Below, piece after piece: positions 18,258 through 33,715 of a DNA stretch of 64,000 nt. The translations under genes were made by a program, and so were the position numbers. Under the pieces are notes generated by a model. That model worked only from the letters and a program-made list of their open reading frames with translations, was not told where the DNA came from and searched no databases. The stretch spans positions 52,266,001 to 52,330,000 of the forward strand of contig OX597827.1 of NCBI GenBank assembly GCA_951406725.2, given 5' to 3'. How positions within the stretch are numbered: position 1 is the first letter of the stretch; every line of letters starts with the position of its first letter. The stretch is from Octopus vulgaris. Its lineage: Eukaryota.

Positions 18258-18595
18258 CTTTGATAGGTTTCGGCCATTATTGGCCCAGGCCATGTCTAAC
18301 TTAATAGCACCACCTGGTGAAGTCTTTCAAGTCAGAATTTGGGCACTATGGCCCACTCAAGTAGAGAGTTATTGTTTACAGAGACATATCCGGGTGTAGG
18401 GGTTTATCCGGGATTTCTTGAAGGAATCTGTCCAAAGACTTCTTGAACCCTATAGGGTCAGTTTCTGTTTTAATGTGTTTTGGTGTAATGTTAAAGAGAG
18501 CGGGGCCAATTGAGGTGAAATAATTGTATATTGTTGTTATGAGATGAGAGTGCGATTTTTGTTTTGGGCGGATGGCACGGGGCCCAAGCCTTGGA
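18258..18595 (-). mobile_element. CR1/L2-like LINE 3' end fragment
   Basis: The end of ORF 18376-19296(-) reads [35 protein letters not shown], a CR1-like ORF2 C-terminus. Confidence 0.75.
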
Positions 18596-18755
18596 TGTAT
18601 ATATATGTATATATATATATGTATATATATATATGTATATATATATGTATATATATATATGTATATATATATGTATATATATGTATATATATATATGTAT
18701 ATATATATATGTATATATATGTATGTGTATATATGTATATATGTATATGTATATA

Positions 18756-18790
<35 letters not shown>

Positions 18791-18861
18791 ATGTATATGT
18801 ATATATATATGTATATATGTATATGTATATATATATGTATATGTATGTATATATGTATATG

Positions 18862-18893
<32 letters not shown>

Positions 18894-19251
18894 TGTATAT
18901 ATGTATATGTATATGTATATATATATGTGTATATATGTATGTGTATATATGTATATGTATATATGTATGTGTATATATGTATATATATATATATGTATAT
19001 ATATATGTGTATATATATATGTGTATATATGTATATGTATATATATATGTGTATATATATGTATATATATATGTGTGTATATATATCTGTATATATGTAT
19101 ATATGTATATATGTATATATATATATGTATATATATATGTATATATATATATATGTATATATATATGTATATATATATGTATATATATATGTATATATAT
19201 ATGTATATATATATGTATATATATGTATATATATATATGTATATATATATG

Positions 19252-19286
<35 letters not shown>

Positions 19287-20209
19287 GTATATACATATAT
19301 GTATATATGTATGTATATATGTATGTGTATATATGTATGTGTATATATATATATGTATATATATGTGTATATATATGTATATATATATATGTGTATGTAT
19401 ATATATGTGTATATATATATGTGTATATATATATGTGTATATATATATATGTATATATATATATGTTATATATATATATGTGTATATATATATATGTATA
19501 TATATATATGTGTATATATATATATGTGTATATATATATGTGTATATATATATGTGTATATATATATGTGTGTATATATATGTATATATATGTATATGTA
19601 TATATATATGTATATGTATATGTATATGTATATATATGTATATGTATGTATATGTATATATATATGTATATATATGTATGTATATATATGTATATATATG
19701 TATATATATATGTATATATATGTATATATGTATATATATATGTATATATATATGTATATATATATGTATATATATATGTATATGTATATATGTGTATATG
19801 TATATATATGTATATGTATATGTATATATATGTATATGTATATATATATGTATATATATATGTATATGTATATATATATGTATATATATATGTATATGTA
19901 TATATATGTATTATGTATATATATGTATATATATATATGTATATATATGTATGTATATGTATATGTATATATATGTATATATATGTATATATATATATGT
20001 ATATATATATGTATATATATATGTGTATATATATATGTATATATATATGTATATATATATGTATATATATATGTATATATATATGTATATATATATATGT
20101 ATATATATGTGTATATATATATGTGTATATATATGTATATATATATATGTATATATGTATATATATATGTATATGTATGTATATATATGTATATATGTAT
20201 ATATATATG

Positions 20210-20256
<47 letters not shown>

Positions 20257-20570
20257 GTATATATATGTGTATATATATATGTGTATATATATGTGTATAT
20301 ATATGTGTGTATATATATGTGTATATATATTTGCGTATATATATATGTGTATATATATGTGTATATATATGTGTATATATATGTGTATATATATGTGTAT
20401 GTATATATGTATGTATATATGTATGTGTATATATATGTATGTATATATGCATGTGTATATATACGTATATATATGTATGTATATGTATGTGTATATATAC
20501 GTATATATATGTATGTATATATATATGTATGTATGTATATATATATATATGTATATATTTATGTATATGC

Positions 20571-20602
<32 letters not shown>

Positions 20603-20678
20603 GTGTGTGTATATATATATAGTTATATATATAAGTATATATATATATAAATAGATATATATATATGTAATTATATAC

Positions 20679-20724
<46 letters not shown>

Positions 20725-20749
20725 ATATATATATGTATATATATATGTG

Positions 20750-20798
<49 letters not shown>

Positions 20799-20801
20799 GT
20801 G

Positions 20802-20835
<34 letters not shown>

Positions 20836-21044
20836 TATACATATGTATATATATATGTGTATATATATGTATATATATATATGTATATATATATGTATAT
20901 ATATATGTGTATATATATATGTGTATATATATATGTGTATATATATATGTATATATATATGTGTATATATATATGTATATATATGTGTATATATGTGTAT
21001 ACATATATGTGTATATACATGTGTATATATATATATGTATATAC

Positions 21045-21101
<57 letters not shown>

Positions 21102-21486
21102 CGTGTATATATATATGTATATATATATATGTATCATGTATATATGTGTATATATATGTGTATATATATGTATATATATATATGTATATGTATATATATA
21201 TATATGTATATATATATATGTATATAAATGTGTATATATGTATGTATATGTATATATATATGTGTATGTATATATGTGTATGTATATATATATATGTATA
21301 TAAATATGTGTATTTATATATTTATATAAATATATGTGTATATATATATGTATATAAATATGTGTATTTATATATGTATATAAATATATGTGTATATATA
21401 TATGTATATATATGTGTGTATGTGTATATATATATGTATATATATGTGTGTATGTATACATATATATGTGTATGTATATATATATG

Positions 21487-21574
<88 letters not shown>

Positions 21575-21608
21575 ACGTTAGCTACTACACACATTTTTTT
21601 TCTGTTTA

Positions 21609-21646
21609 CCCTTGTGTAGAAGAGTATAGGCTTGAAACGCAAAAGA
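21609..21646 (+). ncRNA. Degenerate minimal hammerhead (A6U family) within a PLE pLTR-like segment (about 21575-21740)
   Basis: CCCTT GTGTAGA A GAGT-ATAG-GCTT GAAA CG CA AAAGA. The flanks are near-identical to 49980-50150, but core positions C3 and U16.1 are mutated. Confidence 0.55.
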
Positions 21647-21969
21647 CTTTTTCTATTCCTGAGCGCTATACTAATACATCTGTTTGTTTGTACACCACCT
21701 GCCTTCGTCTTTTGTTTATTTTTGTAAACTTTCCCTTTATATGTATATATATATTTATATATAAATATATGCGTATATATGTGTATATATGGGTGTGTAT
21801 ATATTTGTATATATATGCGCATATATATTTGTATATGTGTGTGTATATATGTGTGTATATATATATACCTATATATATATACTTATATATATGAATATAC
21901 ATACTTATGTGTATATACATATATACCTATATATATATATTTATATATATAAATATACATACTTATGTG

Positions 21970-22008
<39 letters not shown>

Positions 22009-22243
22009 TTTTATATATAAATATATATATATACTTATGTATATATACATATATATAAATATATATATATATTTGTATATATATGTATATATATAGTTAT
22101 ATATGTATATATATATGTGTGTATGTGTGTGTATATATATGTATGTTTATATATGTATATATGTATATATACTTATATATATATATATATATTTATATCT
22201 ATGTATATATATGTATGCTTATATATGTATATATATATATATA

Positions 22244-22276
<33 letters not shown>

Positions 22277-22335
22277 ATGTATATATATATATATATTTAT
22301 ATCTATGTATATATATATATACTTATATCTGTATG

Positions 22336-22372
<37 letters not shown>

Positions 22373-22403
22373 ATGTGTGTATGTATATGTGTGTATGTGT
22401 ATA

Positions 22404-22444
<41 letters not shown>

Positions 22445-22485
22445 GTATACTTATATATATATATCTATGTATATATATATATATA

Positions 22486-24740
22486 CCAGAGACATACAGC
22501 CTAAAGGAAGCACCCGAAATCTCTCCAATCTGAACTTCCACAAAGCAGATTGGAAATTGATCCTAAAAGAGATCTTCAGAGAGGACTGGCCAAAATGTCT
22601 CTCCACACGAGACATTGATATGAATCTAGAATGTTTCATGTCTTCTGTTCAACCCATATGCCAGAAATATGTCCTAGAGCACAAGGCCAAAACAAATAGG
22701 AGCAAGATTCCAAGAGACAGGAAGATCCTCATGAGACGACGGACAAAGGTTGCAAATCGACTCAACCAACATCCCAAAAGTAGCGAAACAACCCGCCTAA
22801 AAACAACACTGAAGGAGATCAAAAAAAGGCTGCAACAATCCTATGTGAGGGAGAAGGCAGACAAAGAAGCCTGGGCTATAAAAAACATTAAATCAAACCC
22901 AAAGTCCTTCTTTCATTATGCGAAAGAAACAGTCTTAGTACACTACAAGATAGGACCCTTCCTCCAAAACGATGGCTCCCTCACACATAGTCCAACTAAG
23001 ATCAGTGAGATACTGAATGACCTTTCAAAAGTGTCTTTACCACCCCGTTGGAACACAGACAAGTGAACGAACCAGTGGACTTCTTTGCCGCCTCACCTAT
23101 AACCAGCGAGGCAGTTACAATAGAATACATTGACATTAGTGAAGATGTACTACTAGCCATAGATGAAGTGGACACAAACTTAACTGCTGGTCCTGATGGT
23201 TTCCCAGCAATCCTCCTCAACGCGTGTAAGTATGCCCTGGCAAAACCCCTCAAGATTCTCTTCCAGAGCTTTCTTACAAATGGCAACTGCCAAGCAAGCT
23301 GAAGGAGGGAATAATATGCCCAATACATAAAGTGGGAAGTAGAGCAGATGCCAAAAACTATAGACCTATCTCTCTGACTTCACACATCAGCAAAGTCATG
23401 GAACGGATAGTCAGAAAGAAACTAATCGCATTCCTTAAGGAAAATAACTGGCTGAGTGATATCCAGCATGGTTTTCGACCAGGTAGGAGCTGCCTGACCC
23501 AGCACTTACAACATTATGACTGGGTGTTGAGGCAGTTACTCAACAAATCAAAAGCTTTTGACAAGGTGGATCATAGTATGATATGCCACAAACTGCGTGA
23601 CCTCAGCATAGCTGGAAAACTTGGAGTGTGGTTACATGACTTCCTGAAAGATAGGAGTCAGGCAGTGGTGGTTAATGGAGCCACCTCTATGAACACACAA
23701 ATAGTGAGCGGTGTTCCACAGGGCACTGTCTTGGGACCACTGCTTTTTATTGTGGCCCTCTCAGATATGCCCTCAAATACCCAGATAGCCACTCTGGCAA
23801 GCTATGCAAACGATACGAAAGTCTCGCAGAAAATACAAAACCCCAGCGATGTTGCACAAGTGCAGTAGGAGTTGGACTCAATCTACAGATGGGCTGAGGA
23901 TAATAATATGCAGTTTAATGCTGAAAAATTCCAAGCCTTGTGCTACCAGCAACCAAAACTGAATATGAAACTTACAGGGTACTCCGGTCCACAGGGAATT
24001 TCAATCCCAGAGCCTAAGTCAGTGAGGGACCTGGGTATCTAAGTGCACATTACCAGGATGGCAACAAAGTGCAGAGGACTGGCTGGCTGGATCCTAAGAA
24101 CATTCAGAACCAGAGATAAGGAAACCATGATGGTCCTCTGGCGGACATTTGTACTCAGCCGCCAGGATTACTCCTCCCAGCTATGGTCACCCACAGCGGA
24201 CCTTGAAGCAATCCAGAGAAGATTCACAAAAAAGATCATCTCTTTGCAACAGCTCAGCTACTGGGAAAGGTTGAAACAGCTAAGACTCTACTCCCTGGAG
24301 AGAAGACAGGAGGGTATGCAGTAATATATATCTGGAAGATCCTGGGAGGAATTGTGCCAAATTTTGGCATTGTAAGCTACACCAATGCTAGAACGGGACG
24401 ACACTGCATAGTGCCAAGGATCTCAGCAATGCCATCACGCTTCAGGACCAGCTACTGCAACAGCCTGGGTTTCAAGGGCCCACAGCTCTTTAATATTCTC
24501 CCAAAGAGTCTGAGGAACTTGCACAAAGTAGATGTAGCGATTTTTAAATCAAAGCTGGACATCTTCCTGTTGAGAGTCCCAGATGAACCTACCTCACGGC
24601 AAGAGGTGCAAATGAGGGTAGCTATATCAAACTCCATTCTTCACCAAGTGCCACATATTAGAGGAGGCTCTTAGTAATAACAGTGTAGCACAAAATGTCT
24701 GTGCATCAGCATGGCCGCAGCTATGAGCTGAAACTGGAGA
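22486..24740 (+). mobile_element. 5'-truncated CR1-like LINE ORF2 pseudogene (RT and 3' tail)
   Basis: ORFs with AGPDG, NYRPISLTS, QHGFRPGRSC, KAFDKV, SGVPQGTVLGPLLF, YANDTK (YADD-like) and YWERLKQLRLYSLERR; tail CAGCATGGCCGCAGCTATGAGCTGAAACT. Frameshifts and stops are present. Confidence 0.92.
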
Positions 24741-24789
24741 GAAAAAGAAATATGAATCTAAATATTTATATATATGAGAGAAATGCTGG

Positions 24790-25482
24790 ACATAAGAAAC
24801 ATCAGATGTGGTGTGCAAGAGCGACGCCTGCGATGGTATGGTCATGTACTGCGGATGGATGAGGAGAGATGTGTGAAGAAGTGCCGCTCCTAAACAGTTG
24901 ATGGTATCGGGGGAGAGGTAGACCCAGGAAGACATGAGATGAGGTGGTCAAGCATGACCTCAGAGCGTTGGGCCTCACAGAGGCAATGACGAGGGACCGA
25001 GATCTCTGGAGATATGCTGTGACTGCAAAGACCCGGGCTGCTTCCTGCAGCAGTTCCGCATAGGCCCAGCCCATTCAAAGTACCTTGTATTTCAGAACAA
25101 CCTGCTGTGCTTGAGGAGACCTATTGAGTCAAGTACATGAACATCGAAATAAATATCAAATGGAAATAGTAGTTGTGATACCTGTGCCGGTGGCACGTAA
25201 AAAGCACTATCCGAATCGTGGCCAAAGCCAGCGCCACCTTCACTGGCTTCTGTGCCGGTGGCACGTAAAAAGCACCAACCCATCGTGGCTGCTGCTAGAC
25301 TCACCTGGCACCTGTGCCGGTGGCATGTAAAAAGCACTCATGGAGTGGTTGGCGTTAGGAATGGCATCCAGCTGTAGAAACACTGCCAGATCAGACTGGA
25401 GCCTGGTGCAGCCTCCTGGCTTCCCGACCACGGTCGAACCGTCCAATCCGTGCTAGCATGGAAAACGGACGTTAAACGATGA

Positions 25483-25485
<3 letters not shown>
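24790..25485 (+). mobile_element. RTE LINE 3' end with tandem structured repeats and (GAT)n tail
   Basis: Encodes a RGRPRKT-like RTE C-terminus, has 3 copies of the GTGCNGGTGGCAYRTAAAAAGCACY motif and ends CGGACGTTAAACGATGATGAT. Confidence 0.85.
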
Positions 25486-25526
<41 letters not shown>

Positions 25527-25696
25527 GTATATATATATTTATTTATGTATATATATATTTATGTATATATTTATTTATTTATGTATATATATATTTATGT
25601 ATATGTATATATTTATTTATGTATATATATATTTATGTATATGTATATATTTATATATGTATATATATATATTTATATATGTATATATATATATTT

Positions 25697-26030
25697 GTAG
25701 GACAAGATACTGTGATAGCCTGGGCTTCCGAGGCCCACAGCTCTTCAATATCCTCCCGAAGAACCTAAGAGACCTGCATGGGGTGGATGCAGATGTCTTT
25801 AAAATGAAACTGGATCTCTTCTTGTCAGGTGTCCCAGATGAACCAACTTCACGGCAGGAGGTGCAGATGAGGGCAGCTGCATCGAACTCTCTCATGCACC
25901 AGATGGCATTTGCTAAAAAGCATTTGTGAAGTAAAATCATGTAGCAACACCAAATGGCGGTGCCCCAGCATGGCCACAGCTTGTGAGCTGAAACTAAATA
26001 AAATAAAATTAAAATAAAATAAATAATAAA
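25697..26030 (+). mobile_element. CR1-like LINE 3' end
   Basis: [40 protein letters not shown], then the tail CCCAGCATGGCCACAGCTTGTGAGCTGAAACT and an A-rich end. Confidence 0.85.
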
Positions 26031-26039
26031 AAAAAATAT

Positions 26040-26659
26040 TTATATATGTATATATATATATATATTCATATATGTATATATATATATATTCATATATGTA
26101 TATATATATTTATATGTATATATATATTTTTATATGTATATATATATTTATATATGTATATATGTATATATATATGTGTATATATGTATATATGTGTATA
26201 TGTATGTATTTATATATATATATATATGTATATGTATGTATATATATGTGTATATATGTATATATATGTGTATATATGTATATATATGTGTATATATGTA
26301 TATATATGTGTATATATGTATATATATGTGTATATATGTATATATATGTGTATATATATGTGTATATATGTATATATATGTGTATATGTATATATATGTA
26401 TATATATGTGTATATATGTATATATATGTGTATATGTATATATATATGTGTATATGTGTATATATGTATATATATGTGTGTATATGTATATATATATGTG
26501 TATATATGTATATATATGTGTATATATGTATATATATGTGTATATATGTATATATATGTGTATATGTGTATATATTATGTGTATATATGTATATATATAT
26601 GTATATGTATATATATATATGTATTTATATATATATATATATATATATATGTGTATATG

Positions 26660-26732
<73 letters not shown>

Positions 26733-26775
26733 ATATGTATATATATATGTATGTATATATGTATATATATATGTA
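26040..26775. repeat. (TA)n/TATG compound microsatellite
   Basis: Direct inspection. Confidence 0.95.
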
Positions 26776-28689
26776 AAGGTATGTAGAAAAATACAACATG
26801 GACAAGACCGTATAACTCTTAGAAGACGACACAATAAACACGGACAGGACATTCGAAACCCTCAGTCTTCAGTCAAGAACCGGATCATCGTAGTAATTTC
26901 GGCTGATTAATCTTGAGATTACTAGATCACGGCCAGCCCTCCAAGAAAAACCAAGCAACGAGCATTAGAAAAACTAAGCTGGAAGCGTAGATTTCCTGGA
27001 AGAAGGATCGAATGCATACGAACACCAGGACAGCAAAAGGGACAGCTATAAAAAAACAAAAAACAATAATGGAATACAGAAACATGAAATACAGAAGCAT
27101 TAACGGTGAAAACAACAGTGTCTTACGACTGATAACAAGCAAACAAATTTTTTCTCTGGCGCAATGGAAAAAGCCTTTATAGTGGCGGACGAAAACAGCG
27201 ATGTTAACAGAACGAGGGTCAGAGGCTGAAAGGCAGATTTCGGCCAACAGTCACGTGACAGAGAAGAGGGAAAAGAAAAGAAAGAGAAGCAAAGGAAGAG
27301 AGAGAGAGAGGAGGGACAAACGCAACAAAGAGAGAGAAGAGAGAGAAAGAAGGAATCAGAGAGGAGAAGGGATGGGTGTCGAAGAATGACCTGTGAGTGC
27401 AGAGCGAGACAAAGAAATAGGAGGGTAGTGGAAGACTAGACCAAAGAATCAGAGGAAAGAGAAGAGAAAAAGAGGATGAGTAGAGAGAAAAGAGAGAGAG
27501 GGGGACAGATCAAGTAAAAATGAGAGAGAGAGAGAGACAAACAGAGAGTCGTACCAATTATTAAGAATATGTGCTCACATAAATGTTAAGGGGGGTACGG
27601 GGCGCCTGGAATATATGTTAAGGTATGTAGAAAAATACAACATGGACAAGACCGTATAACTCTTAGAAGACGACACAATAAACACGGACAGGACATTCGA
27701 AACCCTCAGTCTTCAGTCAAGAACCGGATCATCGTAGTAATTTCGGCTGATTAATCTTGAGATTACTAGATCACGGCCAGCCCTCCAAGAAAAACCAAGC
27801 AACGAGCATTAGAAAAACTAAGCTGGAAGCGTAGATTTCCCTGGAAGAAGGATCGAATGCATACGAACACCAGGACAGCAAAAGGGACAGATATAAAAAA
27901 ACAAAAAACAATAATGGAATACAGAAACATGAAATACAGAAGCATTAACGGTGAAAACAACAGTGTCTTACGACTGATAACAAGCAAACAAATTTTTTCT
28001 CTGGCGCAATGGAAAAAGCCTTTATAGTGGCGGACGAAAACAGCGATGTTAACAGAACGAGGGTCAGAGGCTGAAAGGCAGATTTCGGCCAACAGTCACG
28101 TGACAGAGAAGAGGGAAAAGAAAAGAAAGAGAAGCAAAGGAAGAGAGAGAGAGAGGAGGGACAAACGCAACAAAGAGAGAGAAGAGAGAGAAAGAAGGAA
28201 TCAGAGAGGAGAAGGGATGGGTGTCGAAGAATGACCTGTGAGTGCAGAGCGAGACAAAGAAATAGGAGGGTAGTGGAAGACTAGACCAAAGAATCAGAGG
28301 AAAGAGAGAGAAAAAGAGGATGAGTAGAGAGAAAGAGAGAGAGGGGGACAGATCAAGTAAAAATGAGAGAGAGAGAGAGACAAACAGAGAGTCGTACCAA
28401 TTATTAAGAATATGTGCTCACATAAATGTTAAGGGGGGTACGGGGCGCCTGGAATATATGTTAAGGTATGTAGAAAAATACAACATGGACAAGACCGTAT
28501 AACTCTTAGAAGACGACACAATAAACACGGACAGGACATTCGAAACCCTCAGTCTTCAGTCAAGAACCGGATCATCGTAGTAATTTCGGCTGATTAATCT
28601 TGAGATTACTAGATCACGGCCAGCCCTCCAAGAAAAACCAAGCAACGAGCATTAGAAAAACTAAGCTGGAAGCGTAGATTTCCTGGAAG
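26776..28689. repeat. About 844-bp tandem repeat, about 2.3 near-identical copies (probable PLE-derived non-autonomous element)
   Basis: Units start at about 26776, 27620 and 28463. Identical ORFs sit at 27201 and 28046. A diverged relative lies in opposite orientation at about 31420-31580. Confidence 0.9.
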
Positions 28690-28973
28690 TATATATATAT
28701 GTATGTATATATGTATATATATATGTATGTATATATGTATATATATATGTATGTATATATGTATATATATATGTATGTATATATGTATATATATATGTAT
28801 GTATATATGTATATATATATGTATGTATATATGTATATATATATGTATGTATATATGTATATATATATATGTATGTATATATGTATATATATATGTATGT
28901 ATATATGTATATATATATGTATGTATATATGTATATATATATATGTATGTATATATGTATATATATATATGTA

Positions 28974-29005
<32 letters not shown>

Positions 29006-29138
29006 AATATATATATGTATATATGTGTATATATATATGTATGTATCCTTTCACCATGTGTAACTCGTAAACACCAGTCGTTTTTTTCTCTATCCCTGTT
29101 GCCCGCTCTGGGATCTTTCTTTCCTCTCTCTTCCTTCT

Positions 29139-29176
29139 TTATGTTTCCGACGAAGAGCTCCACTCAAAACGTCATA
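29139..29176 (+). ncRNA. Degenerate minimal hammerhead
   Basis: TATGTTT CCGACGA A GAG-CTCCA-CTC AAAA CG TC ATA, with U4C and G12A changes. It is followed by TTCCTGAGCG, as in the other pLTR copies. Confidence 0.45.
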
Positions 29177-29439
29177 CCTCCCTGCTTCCATTTCCTGAGC
29201 GCCTATTAATAATAATACTGTAATTGTTCCATTGTTGTTGTTTTTTTGTTTCCCGTTTGGATTAAAATTATATATATATATATGTATGTATATATGTATA
29301 TATATATATATGTATGTATATATGTGTATATATATATGTATATATGTGTATATATATACGTATGTTTATATGTAAATATATATGTATATATGTGTATATA
29401 TATATATATGTGTGTGTGTGTGTATATATATATATATGT

Positions 29440-30950
29440 AGGGCTCTACAGATAGATATAAAAACAGAGGCAATGATGATCAATTACATCAATATAAAAG
29501 AAGACGATGTAATTAGGGCTATAGCTGAAATGAACCCAAACTCAGCTACTGGCCCTGATGGATTCCCAGCAATCCTTCTAAAAGTATGTAAGCGAGCCCT
29601 AGCAAGAACACTGCAGTTCCTCTTTCAGAGCTTCCTTGCAACTGGGAAACTTTCAAGCAAACTGAAGGCGGTAAAATATGCCCTATTCATAAATGAGATA
29701 GCAGAGCAGAGGCCAAGAACTACAGACCTATCTCTCTGACCTCACACGTCAGCAAGGTCATGGAACGAATAGTTAGAAGGAAACTAATTGCCTTTCTTGA
29801 AGAAAATGACTTGCTGCCTGACACACAACATTTTTTCGACCAGGAAGATGCTGCCTCACTCAGCTCTTACAACACTATGACTGGGTTTCTGAAAAAGCTG
29901 CTCAACCACTCAAATGTGGAAGTGATATATCTCAACTTTGCAGAGGCCTTTGAGAAAGTTGTTCATGGAATGATATAGCACAAACTGCATGATGTTGACA
30001 TAGTCAGACAACTAGGAGAATGGCTGCATGACTTTCTGAAGTATAGAAGTCAGGTGGTAGTAGCCAATGGAGCCACCTCCAATGCCATGCAAATAGTGAG
30101 TAGTGTTCTGCAAGGCACTGTTCCGCAAGGAAACTACCACGGCACTGTACAAAATAGGACCCCTATTCCTGCCTAATGGCTCACTGACAGTGGACCCCAA
30201 ATGGATAAGTGAAGTGCTCAGTGCACAATTCAAGCGTTTTCACTTCTTCTCTGAGTCACACGCAGATAAAGAACCCAGCTGATTTCTTTGACGATATCAC
30301 TCAGCAGAAGACTGCATACATTACCTACATTGATATTGAAGAGGAAGACATAATAGCAGCCATAAATGAAATGAGCTCAAATTTGGCAACTGGCCCCAAT
30401 GGTTTTCAAGCTGTCCTCCTAAAGTTATGTAAACAAGAATTAGCAGGACCACTCTGAATACTCTTCCAGAGTTTCCTTGCAAGTGGTAAACTTCCCAAAA
30501 AGCTGGAGGAAGCCATCATATGTCTTATCCATAAAGGTGGAAGCGGAGCAGAGACTGGGAACTATAGGCCCATCTCTCTGACTTCACATATTAGCAAAGT
30601 CATGGAACAAATTGTCAGAAGGAGGTTGATTGCCTTCCTAGAAGAAAATGACTTGCTGAATAAAACCCAGCATGGTTTCCATCCAGGTTGAAGCTGCCTC
30701 ACACAGCTCTTGCAGCATTATGACTGGGTCCTGAAGCAGCTTCTTGACCATTCAAATGTTGATGTGATATATCTCAACTTTGCAAAGGTTTTTGACAAAG
30801 TTGATCATGGCATGATTTGTCACAAGCTGTGAAACCTTGGTATAGCTGGTAAATTTGGAGAGTGGCTGTATGACTTCCTGAATGGTAGAAGTCAGACAGT
30901 TGCAGCCAATGGAGAATTATCTAGGGAAATGCAAATATTGAGTAGTGTTC
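29440..30950 (+). mobile_element. Two adjacent CR1-like RT fragments
   Basis: SATGPDGFPAILLK, MERIVRRKLIAFLEEN and VIYLNFAEAFEKV; the same region is repeated from about 30130. Confidence 0.85.
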
Positions 30951-31148
30951 CTGACTGGCCCTTGTGCGGGTGGCACATAAAAGCACCCACTACACTCTCA
31001 GAGTGGTTGGTTTTAGGAAGGACATCCAGCTGTAGAAACTCTGCCAGATCAGATTGGAGTTTGGTGCAGCCATCTGGCTCGCCAGACTTCAGTCAAACTG
31101 TCCAAGCCATGCCAGCATGGAAAGCGGACATTAAACGATGATGATGAT
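30951..31148 (+). mobile_element. RTE 3' tail fragment
   Basis: GTGCGGGTGGCACATAAAAGCACCC...AGGACATCCAGCTGTAGAAAC...GACATTAAACGATGATGATGAT. Confidence 0.8.
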
Positions 31149-31173
31149 ATGTGTGTGTGTGTATATATATATA

Positions 31174-31204
<31 letters not shown>

Positions 31205-31622
31205 TTAAAGTTAATCCAAACAAGAAAACACAGAAAAAAAGAGAAAAAAACACACAGCAACGCAGGACGTGGAACAATTAAAGTATTATTGACGCTCAGG
31301 AATATATATATATATAGCCTATTGTTATGTCTTGTTATTATTATTATTGTTTTCTTTTGTATTATTTTTCTATTCGTGTAACATCGTCCGTTTTTCCGTC
31401 CTTGTTTCGTATATAATTTGAAGCTTTTCCCCAAGGAATCTAATGCTGGCCAGATTGGAGCAATCTCAAGATTAATCAGCCGAAATTGCAAGGATGATCT
31501 GGTTCTTGACTGAATATTAAAGGCTTCGAATAACTTATCCGTGTTTTTTGTATCGTCTATCTGGATGTTTTGTGTTGTTGTCCCACTTTGTATTTTTATA
31601 TATGTATATATATGTGTGTGTG

Positions 31623-32661
<1,039 letters not shown>

Positions 32662-32739
32662 AGTCAGTAAAAAAGGGTAGAATTAATTAATTGTTAATCA
32701 ATTCGACCAAGCAGTATTCGGTATGTAAAAGGACCATTT

Positions 32740-32833
32740 ACGGTATATTTGAAGTATTAATTTATAAAAATATGGTAAAGTGAATTTTTTTACTTTACCA
32801 TATTTTTATAAATTAATACTTCAAATATACCGT
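32740..32833. repeat. Perfect 42-bp inverted repeat with 10-nt spacer
   Basis: ACGGTATATTTGAAGTATTAATTTATAAAAATATGGTAAAGT (32740-32781) and its reverse complement (32792-32833). Confidence 0.9.
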
Positions 32834-33025
32834 GTATGTATATATATGTATGTATGTATGTATATATATGTGTATATATATATGTATGTATATATATGTG
32901 TATATATATATATGTGTATATATATATGTGTGTATATATATGTATGTATATATATGTATATGTATGTATGTATATATATATATGTATATATGTGTGTATA
33001 TATTTGTGTATATATATATATATAT

Positions 33026-33576
33026 ATGCTGTGCGTGAGAAGACCCGGCAGGACAAGTGAGACCATAACCTGTGGCCTCTACCTGGGATGTAGCCAGTCC
33101 ACTTATGCATACCTTTCCTTCTTGGGACACAAAACTCTACTTGTGAAGACCTGTTGAGGCAAGTGAAAATCAAAATCAATCAACATCAATGTAAATTGCA
33201 GCTGTGATACCAGTGCCAGTGATACGTAAGAGAACCATCCAAACGTGGCTGTTGCCAGCGCCGCCCCAACTGGCCTCGTGCCGTGGCACGTAAAAAGCAC
33301 CGTCCGATCGTGGCCGTTGCCAGCCTCACCTGGCCCCCATGCCAGTGGGATGTAAAAAGCATCATCTGATTGTGGCCGTTTGCCAGCCTCGTCTGGCACC
33401 TAAAAAGCACCCACTACACTCACGGAGTGGTTGGCGTTAGGAAGGGCATCCAGCCGTAGAAACGTTGCCAGATCAGACTGGGCCTGGTGCAGCCTTCTGG
33501 CTTCCCAGACCCCAGTTGAACCATCCAACCCATGCTAGCATGGAAAGCGGACGCTAAACGATGATGATGATGATGA
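33026..33576 (+). mobile_element. RTE LINE 3' end
   Basis: Same family as 24790-25485; ends CGGACGCTAAACGATGATGATGAT. Confidence 0.85.
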
Positions 33577-33715
33577 TTTATATGCATATATTTATGTTTG
33601 TATGTATGTATATATTTATGTGTGTGTATATATATATATGTATATAAGAATTGTTTTGCATAATAAGATAAAAAACCAAGGCTATATAGATATTAGAGCA
33701 TTTATGGATAAAAGG

